DNA from: Nanopusillaceae archaeon
Lineage (GTDB): Archaea; Nanobdellota; Nanobdellia; Nanobdellales; Nanobdellaceae
NCBI GenBank assembly: GCA_049974095.1
Contig: JBMFJD010000016.1
Span: 1 to 10,084 of the forward strand
DNA: 10,084 bases
Reading direction: 5' to 3'
The notes beneath the pieces are model-generated. The model was not told the origin of the DNA. It saw only the letters and a list, made by a program, of their open reading frames with translations, and did no database searches. This document shows positions 6,498 through 10,084 of the stretch, piece by piece. The position numbers were made by a program, and so were the translations under genes. Position 1 is the first letter of the stretch. Each line of letters opens with the position of its first letter.

Positions 6498-7205
6498 CTA
6501 TACATAGATATATTTAATTTCAAATGATAATGGTATATTGCCTTGTGTTGCTATTGAGTATAGCTCATACATAAAGTCTATGGATACTTTATAGACGTAT
6601 AGAAATATACCAATTGGTGGAGGTATAACATATGCTATCTTTCCAGATACATCTTGCACAGGAACTACTTCTGTAGAGTTATCATAGACCCTTAATAGTA
6701 TAACATCCGTTCCATTATATTCTATATACTTATGACAAATATATGATTGCTCACCATATACATTCTGAGTATGACATAATACATTACCATAGTATGCCGG
6801 AGAATAGAATAGTATAGATAATGCAAAGAATATGGTACCTAGAAAGAATGATATTATACTATATAATAGATATTTCTCTTCTTGTAATGTTAATAATACT
6901 ACTCCAGAGATTGTTAGGGCTACTGCTACCGATAAAAAGAAATATGCTAAACCATATAAAAAATTAAACATTGGAGGATTAGTACCCAAATAAAACATAG
7001 GAGATAAAGAATTAACAGTAACTATCATAGAACCAGGTAATATCAAAGAATATTTTGTATTAACATAAGGAAATGTATAATTATAACTTAAGGATATACT
7101 AAATGAAGGAGCTACAGTTACAAATTTATAGATAAATGCAACTAAAAATATATTTAGAAATATAAACAAAAATATAAATAAAATAAAAAAATACGAAAGT
7201 TTCAT
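6498..7205 (-). CDS. Polytopic membrane protein (3 predicted TM helices) with an extracytoplasmic C-terminal domain of about 100 aa carrying a Cys motif
   Basis: ATG 7203-7205. TM segments are FFILFIFLFIFLNIFLVAFIY, FLYGLAYFFLSVAVALTISGVVLLTL and LLYSIISFFLGTIFFALSILFY, with the short cytoplasmic loop QEEKY between TM2 and TM3. The C-terminal domain contains YGNVLCHTQNVYGEQSYIC (nt 6735-6791). Confidence 0.7.
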   Translation of the reverse strand: MKLSYFFILFIFLFIFLNIFLVAFIYKFVTVAPSFSISLSYNYTFPYVNTKYSLILPGSMIVTVNSLSPMFYLGTNPPMFNFLYGLAYFFLSVAVALTISGVVLLTLQEEKYLLYSIISFFLGTIFFALSILFYSPAYYGNVLCHTQNVYGEQSYICHKYIEYNGTDVILLRVYDNSTEVVPVQDVSGKIAYVIPPPIGIFLYVYKVSIDFMYELYSIATQGNIPLSFEIKYIYV

Positions 7206-7209
7206 TAAG

Positions 7210-7641
7210 CTATAGTAATGCTCCTAATATTGCTCCAACACCAAAAACTCCACCTACAAATAATCCAGTAATTCCTTGATTTACTGCATTACCGAATAAT
7301 GTTGCTACATTAGAGAATGATATTGTTATTGGCCCTGTAATTGCGTATGGTGTTTGTACTGATATTAAAAATGGTGATACAAATCCTATTACACCAAATA
7401 TTGCTGCCAATAAAAATATTCCATATAATGGATGTGTATGCAGATAGTCACTAATTGTTGGTATATACCTTTTAACCAAAAATCCTGTTACTAAACCTGC
7501 TAATATTATTGTCATCCATGCTGCTATAGATGTTAGATGCAATATTGCCAATACTATATCTACTACTATTACTGAGGCTATTGCAAATAACAAAAAAGTT
7601 ACAAATTGGCTCGATGTTATTCTATCTAATATTGTTGCCAT
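7210..7641 (-). CDS. Integral membrane protein (about 4 TM helices) ending in a glycine-zipper helix
   Basis: ATG 7639-7641 with a TATA-like box about 25 nt upstream. Hydrophobic segments are FVTFLLFAIASVIVVDIVLAIL, IAAWMTIILAGLVTGFLV, LYGIFLLAAIFGVIGFVSPFLI and the C-terminal GITGLFVGGVFGVGAILGALL (nt 7213-7281). Stop TAG at 7210-7212 is 4 nt before the next ATG. Confidence 0.7.
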   Translation of the reverse strand: MATILDRITSSQFVTFLLFAIASVIVVDIVLAILHLTSIAAWMTIILAGLVTGFLVKRYIPTISDYLHTHPLYGIFLLAAIFGVIGFVSPFLISVQTPYAITGPITISFSNVATLFGNAVNQGITGLFVGGVFGVGAILGALL

Positions 7642-7660
7642 ATTATATATATTAAAAACC

Positions 7661-7672
7661 TTTATTAAAAAA
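7661..7672 (-). promoter_or_regulatory. Candidate TATA box (minus strand TTTTTTAATAAA) for the 143aa-235aa unit
   Basis: Lies in the 52-bp intergenic region 7642-7693. Its centre is about 25 nt upstream of the ATG at 7641. Confidence 0.4.
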
Positions 7673-7679
7673 GTAAAGT

Positions 7680-7690
7680 TTTAAAAAATT
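7680..7690 (-). terminator. Oligo-T tract (T6 on the minus strand, plus-strand A6 at 7683-7688) right after the stop of the large Cys-rich gene; archaeal-type intrinsic terminator candidate
   Basis: The minus strand reads TAG-TTCAATTTTTTAAAAC. The T6 run begins 5 nt after the stop codon. Archaeal RNA polymerase terminates at oligo-T stretches. Confidence 0.4.
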
Positions 7691-7693
7691 GAA

Positions 7694-10084
7694 CTATAGG
7701 GCTCTTCTTTTATATAAGTAGTATCCAACACCTGCGGCTGCTAATATAGCTAAGAATGCTAATGCTATTGGTAATGGTGCTTGTACTCCAATTGCTGCAG
7801 CTGTAGGAGAAACTGGAGCTGATGGAACAGATGGAACAATTGGAGATGGAGCTGGACCTACAGGAACTACAGTAATGCTAGTAGATGAAACAGTAACTTG
7901 GTATTGATATGAACTAGATAATCCGGATGGATCTTCTGCAGTAATTGTTAATGTACCAGATTCTTGTGGTATGTTCAATCCTACATTTACTGTTTGTCCT
8001 GAATATACTACACCAGAATATATATCTTGAGTACTAGATGATGTTTGATATGTTATAGTTACATATACTGTCTTATATGGACTATATACTGTAAATGTTA
8101 CTGGGAATGGACTTGTATAATTGCTTGGTACTATTATAGATAGTAGTTGTGGTGGTTGCAATGCAATTTGAGATGTTGTGAAACATAGACCTGCAACACA
8201 TGTACCAGAACATGATTGTATATCATTCAATTGATAATATATTCTACCAGTAGAATTATCATATACTATTTGATATTCCGCTATACTTCCATTTGGTGTA
8301 CATACAGGTATTATCATTCCGTTAAATGAGGATAATTGTGATTGATTAGCTGCATTACCTATTACACATCTAAATGGAGCTACTTGTAATAGATACATAG
8401 ATGATGTAGTTCCAGATGTTGTTGGTGTTAATGCATATTGATATACAGATACAGCATCTGGACCACATTCATTAGCAAATAATAATGATGGTACACTTAC
8501 TTGATTCTCATTATATAACGATCCTGCGAAACAGTATTGTCCTGGCATTGCTGGGAATTCCTGAGTAATATTATATACACATTGTCCATTTACTACAGAG
8601 TAATTAACAACCGCTGCTAATGTACTAGATAAACATACATATGGAATACCACATTCGTTTGATACTTGTGGTATATATCCTGTTTGTACAGTAAATGTTA
8701 TAGTTGTTGAATTTGTAGTATTAGCTACATCACTACATGTTATTACCAATGTATTTGTTCCAGGTTGGATTGATACTGGGATAGTATATGGTGTACTTAC
8801 ATTGAATATTTGTTGTAATATTATATTGTTATTATATACTAAGGTACATGAAACTTGTGATTGAACAGTATCATTTACACTAAATGATACATTTACTGAT
8901 CCTCCAACAGTTCTAACAGTTTGTCCTTGTTTTGGATATGTTACATTTATTAATAATTGTGGAGATATTGGTGCAGTTACACATTGTCCGTATGAACAGA
9001 ATGTTCCTGATGGACAGGTTGTTGTACTTACTATTGTTTGATTTACTGTACCTAATGATGTAGGATCTATTGGAGGTACATTTACAGTACAGTAATATTG
9101 TACATATGCTAATGTTGTTGAATTCAAACATATATATCCTGGTGGAGGTACATCGTTATTATTTACACATTGTCCAGATGGTATTGGTACTAATGAACAT
9201 GTTGATGAGTTAAAGTATGTAGCATTTGGATATCCAGTAACCATAGATGGTACTGCTTGTCCTGCAATTAATCCACAACATGTACCTACTCCAGGATATC
9301 CACCCAATGCTTTACAGTATAGATTACATGATGATGCATTATATGCATAAAATATAGATTGTGATGTAATTAATGATAAATTACCAACAATACATGATAA
9401 TTGTACATTGTATACTCCTTGAGTTAATCCTGCTAAGTTTAATGGTACTTGTCCATTATATATTGGTCCCTCATATGTAAATGTTACAGAATTAGATGTA
9501 GATGTAGCTCCTGTAGTAGGACCACATGAGGACATTAAATTAGCAGTTGCAGTACAGGTAACTTGTGTTGGAGTACCAATATAGCCAGATAATGTAAAGT
9601 ATACTGTCGCACTACTACTACTTATTATTGGATATCCAACAGAATATGGTACAGTTGTTGTTGGCTGTATTGATGTAATTTGTAATGATGGAGGAACAAC
9701 TATATTTACGTTTATAGATGAACTTGTTTCATTTACACAGTTATTAGAGTATTGATAAACTACAAGTACTGTAATGTTATATGATCCTGGAGATAGTATT
9801 GTAACATTAAATGGTATTGATTGACCTGCAACAGATGGTGCAAATATACCATTAATATATAATTGTCCATTTAGGTATACTCCAATTGCAATTGTAGATA
9901 GGTTTAATCCTAATTGTGCAAGATTATTTTGTACTTTTAAAGTAAATGTTTGTCCAGCATAGAAGGTAGACCCGTTTGCTGGAGATAATATATTAACAAT
10001 TGGTGCATAACATGCTGTAGTTATTGTATAATTAGATACATTTTGTTGGGGAATTGGTGCTGTTGCTGTAGATAAATTATATGG
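7694..10084 (-). CDS. Very large Cys-rich, sequon-rich surface protein (at least 796 aa in the window) with a C-terminal membrane anchor; the 5' end lies beyond the window
   Basis: The ORF track starts at the Met at 9535. I translated 9536-10084 by hand in the same frame and found 183 further sense codons with no in-phase TTA/CTA/TCA on the plus strand (...APIVNILSPANGSTFYAGQTFTLKVQ...VVPPSLQITSIQPTTTVPYSV...QVTCTATANL-MSSCGPTT). The C-terminus has the S/P-rich stalk PVGPAPSPIVPSVPSAPVSPT (nt 7802-7870), the TM helix APLPIALAFLAILAAAGVGYYL (nt 7715-7780) and then KRRAL. There are 18 N-x-S/T sequons in the last 613 aa by hand count. Confidence 0.85.
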   Translation of the reverse strand, partial: PYNLSTATAPIPQQNVSNYTITTACYAPIVNILSPANGSTFYAGQTFTLKVQNNLAQLGLNLSTIAIGVYLNGQLYINGIFAPSVAGQSIPFNVTILSPGSYNITVLVVYQYSNNCVNETSSSINVNIVVPPSLQITSIQPTTTVPYSVGYPIISSSSATVYFTLSGYIGTPTQVTCTATANLMSSCGPTTGATSTSNSVTFTYEGPIYNGQVPLNLAGLTQGVYNVQLSCIVGNLSLITSQSIFYAYNASSCNLYCKALGGYPGVGTCCGLIAGQAVPSMVTGYPNATYFNSSTCSLVPIPSGQCVNNNDVPPPGYICLNSTTLAYVQYYCTVNVPPIDPTSLGTVNQTIVSTTTCPSGTFCSYGQCVTAPISPQLLINVTYPKQGQTVRTVGGSVNVSFSVNDTVQSQVSCTLVYNNNIILQQIFNVSTPYTIPVSIQPGTNTLVITCSDVANTTNSTTITFTVQTGYIPQVSNECGIPYVCLSSTLAAVVNYSVVNGQCVYNITQEFPAMPGQYCFAGSLYNENQVSVPSLLFANECGPDAVSVYQYALTPTTSGTTSSMYLLQVAPFRCVIGNAANQSQLSSFNGMIIPVCTPNGSIAEYQIVYDNSTGRIYYQLNDIQSCSGTCVAGLCFTTSQIALQPPQLLSIIVPSNYTSPFPVTFTVYSPYKTVYVTITYQTSSSTQDIYSGVVYSGQTVNVGLNIPQESGTLTITAEDPSGLSSSYQYQVTVSSTSITVVPVGPAPSPIVPSVPSAPVSPTAAAIGVQAPLPIALAFLAILAAAGVGYYLYKRRAL

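Noticed and set aside
7135-7200. A/T-only quasi-repetitive stretch (aaatataaacaaaaatataaataaaataaaaaaa), considered as an origin-like or promoter element
   Set aside because: It is the antisense of the F/I/L-rich N-terminal TM helix (FFILFIFLFIFLNIFL) of the 235-aa membrane protein. It is in frame and contiguous with the rest of the ORF, so coding explains it.
7703-7780. PGF-CTERM or another named archaeosortase sorting signal at the C-terminus of the Cys-rich protein
   Set aside because: No PGF (or PEF, or VPXXXP) motif precedes the hydrophobic helix. Only the generic tripartite shape is present, so a specific sorting-signal call is not supportable.
8913-9131. 72-aa ORF on the minus strand listed in the ORF track
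   Set aside because: It is entirely nested, out of frame, inside the long Cys-rich CDS on the same strand. Its translation is low-complexity N/I/K/C-rich, typical of an off-frame read of AT-rich coding DNA, and it has no independent start context.
8981-9328. Homology of the G-Q-C-V and C-x-G-T-x-C-x-x-G-x-C motifs to eukaryotic EGF/tenascin-type repeats
   Set aside because: The resemblance is limited to a short Cys spacing pattern. The six-Cys EGF framework is not present, so I report only the recurring motif, not EGF homology.
9533-9535. Met at 9535 as the true start of the Cys-rich surface protein
   Set aside because: The frame remains open upstream to the window edge. No signal peptide follows this Met although the protein is clearly exported, and the Met lies inside a beta-rich module.
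1-10084. Search for tRNA, rRNA, CRISPR repeats, IS terminal inverted repeats, integrase or transposase genes
   Set aside because: No GC-rich structured segment, no regularly spaced direct repeats, and no ORF with integrase or transposase motifs was seen. The only non-coding stretches are at most 52 bp.

Overview
AT-rich window (roughly 30% GC by eye, not computed) that is almost entirely coding, with archaeal-style organisation. First genes of transcription units have TATA-like boxes about 24-28 nt upstream of the start codon, which implies leaderless mRNAs. Internal operon genes are joined by ATGA-type 4-nt overlaps, and oligo-T tracts follow stop codons. I support 11 CDS, two of them cut by the window edges, and found no rRNA, tRNA, CRISPR array, IS element or integrase. 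The only complete plus-strand gene (4685-5860) encodes a 391-aa MCM-family AAA+ ATPase that has every catalytic motif but lacks the canonical N-terminal OB-fold/Zn domain. It sits between minus-strand gene arrays made almost entirely of exported or membrane proteins. These include two very large surface proteins with C-terminal membrane anchors (902 aa and at least 796 aa), built from beta-sandwich-like modules, Cys-rich modules and S/T/P linkers and dense in N-glycosylation sequons. The arrays also encode three small membrane-anchored proteins that share a Cys motif, three polytopic membrane proteins, and a winged-helix regulator embedded in the exported-protein operon. The ectodomains are nearly free of charged residues while the cytoplasmic proteins are K/E-rich, which points to an acidophilic archaeal source (Sulfolobales-like, an acidophilic DPANN/Nanoarchaeota-like cell, or one of their viruses or plasmids). 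Taxon assignment is inference only. My best overall hypothesis is an undescribed archaeal mobile element or virus with a replication module plus an envelope/adhesion module. The alternative is a surface-adhesion island. Nearly all functional calls rest on motifs and composition and need HHpred, structure prediction and genomic context to confirm.
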